From contig CBDCFW010000006.1 of the NCBI GenBank assembly GCA_965216465.1, positions 672,001 to 736,000 on the forward strand: a stretch of DNA of 64,000 nt, read 5' to 3'. Positions 28,802-38,248 of this stretch are shown here, in pieces. Position numbers and translations under genes: made by a program. Every line of letters starts with the position of its first letter. Within the stretch, counting starts at the first letter, position 1. This DNA comes from Bacteroidia bacterium. Its GTDB lineage: Bacteria; Bacteroidota; Bacteroidia; NS11-12g; UBA9320. The notes under the pieces were generated by a model. It saw only the letters and a program-made list of their open reading frames with translations, was not told where the DNA came from and did no database searches.

Positions 28802-30078
28802 TAAAATATACCTCTTAGATGCGAAGTACTTGCTACTTTTTCAATAGCGACAATATATGCTGCTGTTCTCAAGCTACACTTGTATTTTTTAGAAGCTTTG
28901 TACACATTATCAAATGCTTGCTTCATAATACGATCAGCTCTTCTGTTAACTCGCTCTTCTGTCCAGAAGTAACCTAGTCTATTTTGAACCCATTCGAAGT
29001 ATGAAACAGATACACCTCCAGCATTCGCTAGGATATCAGGTACAACCATAATTCCATTCTCTTCAAGAATTTTATCAGCATTTGATGCTGTTGGACCATT
29101 GGCGCCTTCAACAATCAATTTAGCCTTTATGCGAGCGGCATTTTCAACCGTAATTTGATCTTCTAATGCTGCAGGAACCAAAATATCAACGTCTAATTCA
29201 AGAAGCTCCTCATTTGATATGATTTTACCTCCTTTATAGCCTTCTAAACTTTGGTTCTTATCTACATATTTTATGGCTTCTTCTATGTCTAATCCATCTG
29301 GGTTATGGTAAGCTCCAGATATATCAGAAATAGCTACGATTTTCACTCCTTGCATTTCAAGTAACTTGGCTGAAATGCTACCAACGTTTCCAAATCCTTG
29401 TACAGCACAAGTAGACTTTGACGGATTCATTTTGAGTTTCGCCATTGCACTACGAGCAGAAACCATAACGCCTCTACCCGTCGCTTCAACACGACCTAAA
29501 GAACCTCCTAAAACTAGAGGCTTACCGGTAACTACTGCTGGAGATGCTTTACCAGAAAGTTTCGAATACTCATCCATAATCCAGGCCATTGTTTGTGGGT
29601 TTGTACCCATGTCTGGAGCTGGAATATCCTTTTCTGGATTGAAAACATCGCGCATTGCAAGCGTAAAAGTTCTAGTCAATCGTTCAAGTTCGCCTTGAGA
29701 CATGCTACGAGGATCACAAGTAATACCTCCTTTACCACCACCGTAAGGAATTCCTACAACAGCGCATTTCCATGTCATCCAAGCAGCTAATGCTTTTACT
29801 TCATCGAGGTTTACTCCCAAAGAGTAACGAATTCCTCCTTTACTAGGTCCTAGTTTTGAAGAATGAACTACACGGTATCCCTGAAATACTTTAACAGTAC
29901 CGTCATCCATAGTTACTGGAAGACTAACTATAACTGCTTTTTCTGGTGATTTAAGTGCGTTGTAAGTTGATTCGTCTAGTCCTAAAATTTCGGCAGCCTC
30001 GTTGAATCGTTCCATCATCGACTCCAGTGGATTTAGCTCATCCGTAATAGGAGCTGGCTCTTTAAACTTTAATTTCAT
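28801..30078 (-). CDS. gdhA: Glu/Leu/Phe/Val dehydrogenase (glutamate dehydrogenase)
   Basis: Motifs 'GPSKGGIRY', 'GGGKGG', 'DIPAPD', 'ATGRG', 'QGFGNVG', 'EGANGP' and 'ANAGGVSVSYFEW'. Confidence 0.93.
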   Translation of the reverse strand: MKLKFKEPAPITDELNPLESMMERFNEAAEILGLDESTYNALKSPEKAVIVSLPVTMDDGTVKVFQGYRVVHSSKLGPSKGGIRYSLGVNLDEVKALAAWMTWKCAVVGIPYGGGKGGITCDPRSMSQGELERLTRTFTLAMRDVFNPEKDIPAPDMGTNPQTMAWIMDEYSKLSGKASPAVVTGKPLVLGGSLGRVEATGRGVMVSARSAMAKLKMNPSKSTCAVQGFGNVGSISAKLLEMQGVKIVAISDISGAYHNPDGLDIEEAIKYVDKNQSLEGYKGGKIISNEELLELDVDILVPAALEDQITVENAARIKAKLIVEGANGPTASNADKILEENGIMVVPDILANAGGVSVSYFEWVQNRLGYFWTEERVNRRADRIMKQAFDNVYKASKKYKCSLRTAAYIVAIEKVASTSHLRGIF

Positions 30079-30154
30079 TTAGATTTGAAATGATTGGTAG
30101 GGGCAAATGTATTTATTCTTATTAATGCAAGGATATTTGAGGATAGAAATCTTT

Positions 30155-30946
30155 TCACAACAATAATAATATGACCAAATATGGCAATGCTGAAAGCAGT
30201 ATTGAGTCGATTCTATCCAATATACCTCCATGTCCAGGAATGAGATTTCCGCTATCTTTTACTCCAACCTTCCGCTTCATATACGATTCTACAAAGTCTC
30301 CAAAAGTTGCAAAAAAGACGATGACAGCAGCTAGTAGTATGGCATTCTTTGGCAACTCAAGCCAATACTGATTCACAATGTGCATCACACCTAGGGTTAC
30401 AACCGCACCTCCAATGGTACCTTCAATTGTTTTCTTAGGTGAAACCTTCGGAAATATAGGTCGTTTACCTATGCTTTTCCCAACAACATAAGCCATCGAA
30501 TCATAAGTCCATATTGTGATCAGATAGAACAACATATAATAGGCGTTGTTCTCTGGATACTGAATATACCAAAAGGCAAGTGCCGCAAGTGGCAACCACA
30601 AGTATAAAGTTGCAAAAATGTAATTGACGGTATTCTTGTTCTTCAATTCCAAATACAAGGCAATAACCATCAAGACTTGCAAAATCCACGCGACTAAGAA
30701 GTGAGTATCAAAAAGCTCTCGCATTCCAAACACAATGCCGTAAGCAATTATTCCAGCAAAGAGCAGTGGGTTCACATAATTGTGCTGATTACTTTTCTTA
30801 CCTGCGAGCGTGCTCATTTCGTTGATGCTTAAGAAAGCTAAGATGGCCATAAGTGAAGGAAAATATGGACTTCCTAACAGACAGGCACCAACCATAATGG
30901 CTACATAAATAGACCCAAAAATTAAGCGTAAACTCAGATTAGACAT
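30155..30946 (-). CDS. cdsA: Phosphatidate cytidylyltransferase
   Basis: Motifs 'SPKKTIEG' and 'GDFVESYMKRKVGVKDSGNLIPGHGGILDRIDS'. Confidence 0.95.
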   Translation of the reverse strand: MSNLSLRLIFGSIYVAIMVGACLLGSPYFPSLMAILAFLSINEMSTLAGKKSNQHNYVNPLLFAGIIAYGIVFGMRELFDTHFLVAWILQVLMVIALYLELKNKNTVNYIFATLYLWLPLAALAFWYIQYPENNAYYMLFYLITIWTYDSMAYVVGKSIGKRPIFPKVSPKKTIEGTIGGAVVTLGVMHIVNQYWLELPKNAILLAAVIVFFATFGDFVESYMKRKVGVKDSGNLIPGHGGILDRIDSILLSALPYLVILLLL

Positions 30947-31886
30947 AGAAATTTTCAGTTTTAGGTGATGCGTTCTTTTGCATATAGTAAAACAATCCTG
31001 CTACGAGCAATCCAAATACCACAATTACTGCGGTTGGAATTGATTGTCCCTGCTCCAGGGCCTTTGTATAGTCACCATCCGTAATAAAATATATTTGAGA
31101 GACTGCAATTGCATTATTTATAAAGTGAGCAATAATTGAAGTCCAAAGTGATCTTGTCCAATAAACAGCATATCCAAACACAACTGCTAAAAAGAACATT
31201 GGAATTACCTTCATAAACTGCATATGAATAGCACTGAATATAAAAGCAGTTAGAAAGATTGCTACATGCATATTCTTGAACAATCCATTAAATGCATTCA
31301 TCAAGAAACCGCGAAAGAAAAACTCTTCGGCAAGTGCAGGCATCAATGCCATAAAAATTAAACTGGTAACAAACGGAACAGTCCCGGTTTCACTCAACAT
31401 TACCTCATACAAATTATTGTTTGATGCTTCTTGTTTCAACAACCAATCATTCAGATTAGGCCATTGGCTAAAATCAATTAATTTATTGAGTTCAAGCAAT
31501 GGATTCATCAAGGGCACAGCAAAAAACACGAAGGTAATAGCAAGGATAAACCACTTTAAATTTTGCGGTCTATTTAGCAATAAGTAGTCTTTTGATGATG
31601 CACGAATCAGAATTGCAATGACCACGGCTGCAACAATTAATGGGAGTGAAGAGCTGAAAAAAGTAAACAGCTTTAATCCCAGAACGTTGCCCTCAAAGTG
31701 GCTAACTAAATCGAGCCCAGCAAGGTCAGAAAAACTGTTGCCCATTGCGAGCCATACCAGTACAGTGAATACACCGATACTGAGCAAAAATACCCCTCCA
31801 CCGATGAGTAAATGAGCCAAGGCATCAAATCGAGTAGGCCTTTTTACTTGTTCAGCCGTATCTTTGCCGTGATTTTTTTCTTCCAT
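30939..31886 (-). CDS. CPBP (CAAX/Abi) family intramembrane metalloprotease
   Basis: Motifs 'EEFFFRG', 'FSAIH' and 'AHFINN'. The likely start is ATG 31886; the longer track ORF overlaps dusB. Confidence 0.88.
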   Translation of the reverse strand: MEEKNHGKDTAEQVKRPTRFDALAHLLIGGGVFLLSIGVFTVLVWLAMGNSFSDLAGLDLVSHFEGNVLGLKLFTFFSSSLPLIVAAVVIAILIRASSKDYLLLNRPQNLKWFILAITFVFFAVPLMNPLLELNKLIDFSQWPNLNDWLLKQEASNNNLYEVMLSETGTVPFVTSLIFMALMPALAEEFFFRGFLMNAFNGLFKNMHVAIFLTAFIFSAIHMQFMKVIPMFFLAVVFGYAVYWTRSLWTSIIAHFINNAIAVSQIYFITDGDYTKALEQGQSIPTAVIVVFGLLVAGLFYYMQKNASPKTENFYV

Positions 31887-31906
31887 CCGAAAACTATTCG
31901 GCAAAT

Positions 31907-32914
31907 ATGGTAAAAATAGGTAACATAACGCTAGAGGACTTCCCGTTGATTCTTGCACCCATGGAGGATGTTAGTGACCCCCCATTTCGTGCAGTTTGTA
32001 AAGATAACGGCGTAGACCTGATGTTTACAGAATTCATTTCTTCTGAAGGACTGATTCGTGATGCCGCTAAGAGTACACAAAAACTCGACATATTTGAATA
32101 CGAAAGACCGATTGGAATTCAAATTTTTGGGAATGAAATCAGCTCTATGCGTGAAGCAACAGAAATTGCTACAGCTGCAAACCCAGACATCATTGACATC
32201 AATTATGGCTGTCCGGTTAAGAAAGTTGTAGGAAAAGGAGCCGGAGCTGGAATCTTGCAAGACATTCCAAAGATGGTTGAAATGACGTCTGAAATAGTTA
32301 AGAGTACGCATCTGCCCGTCACCGTTAAAACTCGTTTAGGCTGGGATGAAAAAACCATGTACATCAAAGAAGTAGCTGAACGTCTACAAGATGTTGGCAT
32401 TCAAGCGCTTAGCATTCATGGTCGTACACGTAAACAGATGTATAAAGGTGAAGCAGATTGGACATTAATTGGCGAAATTAAAGACAACCCAAGAATCAAT
32501 ATCCCAATATTTGGTAACGGCGATATTGATAGCCCTCAAAAAGCTAAATTATATAAAGATCGATACGGCGTTGATGGGATAATGATAGGACGAGCATCAA
32601 TTGGCTATCCTTGGATATTTAATGAAATCAAGCAGTACCTGAAATCAGGAATTGTTCCTCCTCCTCCGACAATTACTGAACGTGTTGAGGTTTGTAAAAA
32701 ACACTTTGACTATTCATTAAAGTGGAAGGGAGATATTTTGGGAATTGTTGAAATGCGTAGGCACTACTCTAACTACTTTAAAGGCATTCCTCATTTTAAG
32801 GAATTTAGAAGTAAGCTGGTACAGTCTACCGATGCTGATGAGATATTTGGATTGCTTGAAGAGGTTAAGGTCTTATTCAAAGACCACGTTTTTGAGCATT
32901 TACAGACCGCCTAG
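31907..32914 (+). CDS. dusB: tRNA-dihydrouridine synthase B
   Basis: Motifs 'LAPMEDVSD', 'DINYGCP', 'TVKTRLGW', 'IHGRT', 'GNGDI' and 'MIGR'. Confidence 0.93.
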   Translation: MVKIGNITLEDFPLILAPMEDVSDPPFRAVCKDNGVDLMFTEFISSEGLIRDAAKSTQKLDIFEYERPIGIQIFGNEISSMREATEIATAANPDIIDINYGCPVKKVVGKGAGAGILQDIPKMVEMTSEIVKSTHLPVTVKTRLGWDEKTMYIKEVAERLQDVGIQALSIHGRTRKQMYKGEADWTLIGEIKDNPRINIPIFGNGDIDSPQKAKLYKDRYGVDGIMIGRASIGYPWIFNEIKQYLKSGIVPPPPTITERVEVCKKHFDYSLKWKGDILGIVEMRRHYSNYFKGIPHFKEFRSKLVQSTDADEIFGLLEEVKVLFKDHVFEHLQTA

Positions 32915-33064
32915 CTGTTTAACCAAAAAAGCCCATACGATAGTGAGAAGCAAAAGCATGAATATAAAACTTCTCCAAAATCCAAAACCTTTGTTTTTTG
33001 AATTCCTACCGATCAGATAGGCAATCAAGATTGCCACTGCGAAATAAATAATGGTTAAACTCAT
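32900..33064 (-). CDS. Small 54-aa two-TM membrane protein (not in ORF track)
   Basis: MSLTIIYFAVAILIAYLIGRNSKNKGFGFWRSFIFMLLLLTIVWAFLVKQLGGL*. Its ATG overlaps the GH3 stop (ATGA at 33061-33064). Confidence 0.65.
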   Translation of the reverse strand: MSLTIIYFAVAILIAYLIGRNSKNKGFGFWRSFIFMLLLLTIVWAFLVKQLGGL

Positions 33065-34599
33065 GCACTTGCCGTTTCTAAAAACGCTCTCCAGTTTTTT
33101 AACATCTTTTTATTGAGTACCCGTGGGAATTTGTTTTGAGACCCCTCTTTCCCATTGTCTCTCATCCAAGTATAGAACCTTTCAGACGGAAGAAGGTTTA
33201 CACGTATATCTTTTAATGCTGCTGAACGCTCAACACGATAGTCGTCATTCAACACTTTGAGTGTCATATCGAGCTTGTTTTTGATTTCTTCTTTCTTAGA
33301 GTACAGCGATTCTACATCACAAGAAATAAACCACTCATGGGCAAAGAAGCCTTCATGAGGAATGCCACATACGGTAAATTCATCAAAACTCACATCATAC
33401 TCGTTTGCGACTATTTCAATTGCTCGGTTCATGTTGTCGACCGAAAGGTGTTCACCACAAAGTGACAAGAAATGCTTGGTTCTTCCTGTGATTTTAATTT
33501 CACATCGATCAAGGTTTGTAAACTTGATGGTGTCTCCAATTAAATAGCGCCACGCTCCCGCACAGGTAGAGATTAAGATAGCATACTCATCGGTGGTGTT
33601 TACTTCCGATAACTTCAATGCTTTTGCGTTGGGCAGTAACTCTCCATTTTCGGTAAAGTTTTTGCTATTAAATGGCACAAACTCAAAATACAGCCCATTG
33701 CGCAGCAGTAAACGCATACCTCCTTCACTATGCTCACGAGTTTGATACGCTATAAACCCTTCTGAAGCAAGATAGGTCTCAAAGTACTTAATAGGACGCC
33801 CCATTAATTCATCGAGTGACTTCTTGTAAGGTGTCAAGCTAACTCCCCCGTGTATATAAGCTGCAAAGTTTGGCCAGAGGTCATGAATATTGTCGACACC
33901 ATATTGATCTATGATGCTCTCGAATAAAAGCTTGATCCACGCTGGAACTCCAGCAACCATTCCGACATCCCATTCTTGTGCTTCGCGGGTAATTCTTTCA
34001 ATTTTTTCTTGCCAGTTTTTTTCTCTTCGGATGTGCAATCCCGGCTTCGAAATACGTTGAAATAGAATGGGTACTGAACCGGTTGTGATTCCACTCAAAT
34101 CGCCTGAATAATACATTCCGTTGTATTCGAGTTCTGTGCTTCCTCCAATCATTAACCATTTTTTAGCAATGTGGTCTTTGGGAACATCAGTTTGAGCGAT
34201 GGAAATAACTTGGCGAACACTCGCTCTTTTAATCGCTCTAAGCATTTGGTCGCTTACTGGAATGTACTTACTACTTCCATCAGAAGTACCTGAACTCACT
34301 GCAAAATTTTTGATTATTCCAGGCCAGGTAACATCAGGTTCCCCTAGTCTACTTCTGGTCCACCAAGGGAGCATGTCTAAGTAATCTCCTATTCTTGCCG
34401 CCTCTTGAAAATCATTGAGTAAATTGTCTGAATCGACCAGTTCGTTGAAGTGATGCATTTTGCCAAACGATGTAGATTCTGCTTTGGTAATCAGCTTCTT
34501 AAGCGTCTTTTTTTGAATCTGCTCACCTTGTTCAATATTAACTTTTAAAAAAACGCCTCGTTTTTTTACTTCGGTGAGTAATCTTTGCAGCAATGCCAT
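33061..34599 (-). CDS. GH3 auxin-responsive-promoter family protein (acyl-adenylate/amido synthetase fold)
   Basis: Motifs 'SSGTS..SKYIP', 'ETYLASEGF', 'YFEF', 'WRYLIGD', 'ITGRTK' and 'QNKFPR'. Confidence 0.9.
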   Translation of the reverse strand: MALLQRLLTEVKKRGVFLKVNIEQGEQIQKKTLKKLITKAESTSFGKMHHFNELVDSDNLLNDFQEAARIGDYLDMLPWWTRSRLGEPDVTWPGIIKNFAVSSGTSDGSSKYIPVSDQMLRAIKRASVRQVISIAQTDVPKDHIAKKWLMIGGSTELEYNGMYYSGDLSGITTGSVPILFQRISKPGLHIRREKNWQEKIERITREAQEWDVGMVAGVPAWIKLLFESIIDQYGVDNIHDLWPNFAAYIHGGVSLTPYKKSLDELMGRPIKYFETYLASEGFIAYQTREHSEGGMRLLLRNGLYFEFVPFNSKNFTENGELLPNAKALKLSEVNTTDEYAILISTCAGAWRYLIGDTIKFTNLDRCEIKITGRTKHFLSLCGEHLSVDNMNRAIEIVANEYDVSFDEFTVCGIPHEGFFAHEWFISCDVESLYSKKEEIKNKLDMTLKVLNDDYRVERSAALKDIRVNLLPSERFYTWMRDNGKEGSQNKFPRVLNKKMLKNWRAFLETASA

Positions 34600-34614
34600 C
34601 GAAGCAAAGTTACA

Positions 34615-34968
34615 ATGAATCAGGAAAATGAAATAAGCTTAAAAGAGAAATGGTTTAAAATTAGAGAGCTTATTGAAAAAGTGTTTAGTAAGACTCCTGA
34701 TTTGAGTGCCGTTCTCTATGTAATAGGAATGCGTGAACTCGGCAAACCTCAGACTAAATTCACCAAAGAAGAAAAGGTTAGGCTCATGCATATTGCCACA
34801 TGTAGAGTATTGAGTACTTCGGGGCATTATAAGCTTTTAGGCTCAGACGAAAATGATTGGCCTGTATGGGAATTGGTCGAAAAACTGCCTCATCAAGACT
34901 TGCTTGAACAAGAAATGTACTTGCGACATCACATCGTTAATTACTTTGAAGAAGAAGAGTTAATTTAA
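34615..34968 (+). CDS. Conserved Bacteroidota hypothetical protein
   Basis: Likely ATG 34615; motifs 'PDLSAVLYVIGMRELG', 'FTKEEKVRLMHIATC' and 'DWPVW'. Confidence 0.75.
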   Translation: MNQENEISLKEKWFKIRELIEKVFSKTPDLSAVLYVIGMRELGKPQTKFTKEEKVRLMHIATCRVLSTSGHYKLLGSDENDWPVWELVEKLPHQDLLEQEMYLRHHIVNYFEEEELI

Positions 34969-35043
34969 TAATCTTCTTTCACATTTTCCACATTACTTGC
35001 TAGACGAAAATAGAGGTTTAACTTTGCCCAATTTTTAATATAA

Positions 35044-37863
35044 ATGCCAAAAGATTCTAGCATAAAACACGTACTAATTATCGGAAGTGGACCGATAATT
35101 ATCGGTCAAGCATGTGAATTTGATTACTCTGGTAGTCAAGCAGCTCAAAGTTTAAAAGAAGAAGGAATTGAAGTATCACTGATCAACTCAAACCCTGCCA
35201 CGATCATGACTGATCCGAGCATGGCTGATCATGTTTATCTTCTCCCATTAACCGTTCAAAGTTTAGAGCAAATTCTAAAGGAACAGAACATTACTCACGT
35301 TTTGCCTACCATGGGTGGACAAACAGCATTAAACCTTGCGATTGAAGCTGATGAAGTAGGTATTTGGGAAGACAATGATGTAACTATCATTGGTGTTGAC
35401 ATCGACGCTATCGAGAAAACAGAGAATAGAGATCTTTTCCGTTCTTTTATGATTGAACTTGATATTCCAATCGCTACTTCAAAAATTGCTAATTCTTACT
35501 TAGAAGCTAAAGAAGTTGCTCAAGAAATTGGTTTCCCGCTAGTAATTCGTCCTTCATTTACCTTAGGGGGCTACGGAGGAGGATTCGTGCATAAAAAAGA
35601 AGATTTTGATGTTGCTGTAAAACGAGGATTAGAAGCTTCACCTACGCACGAAGTTCTTGTTGAACAAGCTGTATTAGGTTGGAAAGAATACGAGTTAGAG
35701 TTGTTGAGAGATAGCAACGACAATATTGCTGTAATCTGTACTATTGAAAACTTAGACCCAATGGGAATTCATACCGGAGATTCGATTACCATCGCTCCAG
35801 CAATGACTTTAAGTGACACTTGTTTCCAAGAAATGAGAGACATGGCATTTAAGATGATGCGTGGAATGGGTGCATTTGCCGGCGGTTGTAATGTTCAGTT
35901 CTCTGTAAATCCAGAAGATGAAAGCATTATTGCTATTGAAATTAACCCAAGGGTATCTCGATCATCAGCTCTTGCATCAAAAGCCACTGGATATCCAATT
36001 GCAAAAATTGCAGCGAAATTAGCTTTAGGATATTACCTAGATGAATTGAAGAATCCAGTTACGCAAACCACATCAGCATTCTTCGAACCAGCAATTGATT
36101 ACACCATCATTAAAATTCCACGTTGGGATTTCAATAAATTTAGGGGTTCAGAAACAACACTTGGTCTTCAAATGAAGTCGGTTGGAGAAGTGATGGCAAT
36201 TGGTCGTTCTTTCCAAGAAGCACTTCAAAAGGCTTGTCAATCGCTTGAAATTAAGCGTTTAGGATTAGGTAGCGATGGGTACGAATTGAAGAAGCTAGAT
36301 CCAATTATTCATAGTCTTGAGAATCCAAGCTGGGATCGTATATTTCACATAAAAGATGCTATGTCTTTAGGTGTACCTATTACATCTATACAAAAGATTA
36401 CTAAGATTGACAGATGGTTCTTAGAGCAGATTTATGAGTTGGTAAAAACCGAACGTGAAATCAAGAAATACACTCTTGAGAATATTGACCAAGATATTCT
36501 TAGAACCGCAAAAGAAAAAGGATTTTCAGATGCTCAAATCGCTCATCTACTTGGTGGAGAGATAGAGGATATGGACGTTTACAATAAACGTAAATCGTTG
36601 GGTATCAACAGAGTTTATAAGATGGTTGACACTTGTGCAGCTGAATTTAGCTCTCCAACAAACTACCTATACTCAACATTCGACGGAGAGAATGAAAGTG
36701 TTGTAACAGACAAAAAGAAAATACTTGTAATCGGATCTGGACCAAATAGAATTGGTCAAGGAATTGAGTTTGATTACAGTTGTGTTCATGGAATTAAAGC
36801 TGCTCAAGAATGCGGTTACGAGACCATAATGATCAATTGTAATCCTGAAACCGTAAGTACTGACTTTAACACTGCTGATAAGCTTTACTTCGAGCCAATT
36901 TTCTGGGAACATCTTTTTGAAGTAATTGACTTAGAAAAGCCAGAAGGTGTAATCGTTCAGTTAGGAGGTCAAACCGCATTGAAACTTTCAGAACGTTTAC
37001 GTGACCATGGCATCAAAATATTAGGTACATCATTTGAAAACATGGACCTCGCTGAAGACAGAGGTTCATTCTCTGATCTATTGAAAGAGTTAGATATTCC
37101 TTATCCAAAATATGGTGTAGCAGAAAATGCTTATGAAGCGATTCAAGTTGCAAATGAAGTTGGCTATCCAGTATTGGTGAGACCATCTTACGTATTAGGA
37201 GGACAAGGAATGAAGATTGTAATCAACGACGAAGATCTTCAACAAGCGGTAATCGATTTATTGGGTGACCTACCTGGAAACAGAGTACTAATCGACCACT
37301 TCCTAGATAGAGCAGAAGAAGCAGAAAGTGATAGTATTTGTGACGGTGAGGATGTCGAAATAATCGGAGTTATGGAGCACATTGAACCTGCTGGAATCCA
37401 CTCAGGTGATTCATCTGCCGTTTTGCCACCATTTGACCTTTCAGATAATGTAATTGCTCAAATCGAAGAATATACTGCCAAAATTGCACGCGCAATGAAT
37501 GTGGTTGGATTATTGAATATTCAATTTGCAATAAAGGATGAGAAAGTTTACGTAATTGAAGCCAATCCAAGAGCAAGTAGAACAGTACCATTCATCTGCA
37601 AGGCTTATCAGGTTCCTTACGTAAACATCGCAACCAAAGTTATGTTAGGAGAGAATAAGTTATCGGATTTTGATATCAAACCAGTAAAGAATGGTTACGC
37701 AATTAAACAACCGGTATTCTCGTTCAATAAGTTCCCTAATGTAAATAAAGAATTAGGTCCTGAGATGAAATCAACCGGAGAGGCAATCCTATTTGTTAAA
37801 AATACCAAAGATCAAGTTTTCAGAGACCTATACAGCCAGAAATCAATGTATTTAAGTAGGTAG
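35044..37863 (+). CDS. carB: Carbamoyl-phosphate synthase large subunit (short form)
   Basis: Motifs 'IGSGPIIIGQACEFDYSG', two ATP-grasp halves, 'GSGPNRIGQGIEFDY' and 'LGPEMKSTGE'. TAACTTTG promoter element at 35019-35026. Confidence 0.97.
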   Translation: MPKDSSIKHVLIIGSGPIIIGQACEFDYSGSQAAQSLKEEGIEVSLINSNPATIMTDPSMADHVYLLPLTVQSLEQILKEQNITHVLPTMGGQTALNLAIEADEVGIWEDNDVTIIGVDIDAIEKTENRDLFRSFMIELDIPIATSKIANSYLEAKEVAQEIGFPLVIRPSFTLGGYGGGFVHKKEDFDVAVKRGLEASPTHEVLVEQAVLGWKEYELELLRDSNDNIAVICTIENLDPMGIHTGDSITIAPAMTLSDTCFQEMRDMAFKMMRGMGAFAGGCNVQFSVNPEDESIIAIEINPRVSRSSALASKATGYPIAKIAAKLALGYYLDELKNPVTQTTSAFFEPAIDYTIIKIPRWDFNKFRGSETTLGLQMKSVGEVMAIGRSFQEALQKACQSLEIKRLGLGSDGYELKKLDPIIHSLENPSWDRIFHIKDAMSLGVPITSIQKITKIDRWFLEQIYELVKTEREIKKYTLENIDQDILRTAKEKGFSDAQIAHLLGGEIEDMDVYNKRKSLGINRVYKMVDTCAAEFSSPTNYLYSTFDGENESVVTDKKKILVIGSGPNRIGQGIEFDYSCVHGIKAAQECGYETIMINCNPETVSTDFNTADKLYFEPIFWEHLFEVIDLEKPEGVIVQLGGQTALKLSERLRDHGIKILGTSFENMDLAEDRGSFSDLLKELDIPYPKYGVAENAYEAIQVANEVGYPVLVRPSYVLGGQGMKIVINDEDLQQAVIDLLGDLPGNRVLIDHFLDRAEEAESDSICDGEDVEIIGVMEHIEPAGIHSGDSSAVLPPFDLSDNVIAQIEEYTAKIARAMNVVGLLNIQFAIKDEKVYVIEANPRASRTVPFICKAYQVPYVNIATKVMLGENKLSDFDIKPVKNGYAIKQPVFSFNKFPNVNKELGPEMKSTGEAILFVKNTKDQVFRDLYSQKSMYLSR

Positions 37864-37865
37864 GT

Positions 37866-38012
37866 ATGAAATATATATTAGTAGGTATTATTGTCTATTT
37901 TATTCTTAAGCGCGTGCTTAATATTAAGACCGCTATAAGCAACGACGTTCCACGCAGTAACAGCACCTATAATGACGAGGAGCAGTTTACTGATTACGAG
38001 GAAGTTGAATAG
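37866..38012 (+). CDS. Small 48-aa single-TM protein with acidic tail (DUF4834-like; not in ORF track)
   Basis: MKYILVGIIVYFILKRVLNIKTAISNDVPRSNSTYNDEEQFTDYEEVE*; starts 2 nt after the carB stop. Confidence 0.65.
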   Translation: MKYILVGIIVYFILKRVLNIKTAISNDVPRSNSTYNDEEQFTDYEEVE

Positions 38013-38248
38013 ATAATTTTTGTTAATACGGGCAAGTTATTTTGTCCATCAATCTCTTATTTTATTGCACTTTTGTGTAGTGGGTATTTGTTGCTATCGA
38101 CGGAATACCCCTCTCAAATTAACTGTGGTTTCAGTATCTTTGTTATTATATAACAGCGTACTAACTACTACTACAGCTCACTGTTTATTTGTAAATGATT
38201 GCACATCAGCGATGTAGCAGTATTTGGTGCTTTTTATTGATACTACTT

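Noticed and set aside
35044-37863. carB pseudogene
   Set aside because: Both synthetase halves are intact, the stop is clean, and the downstream DNA encodes a distinct small protein rather than an MGS remnant.
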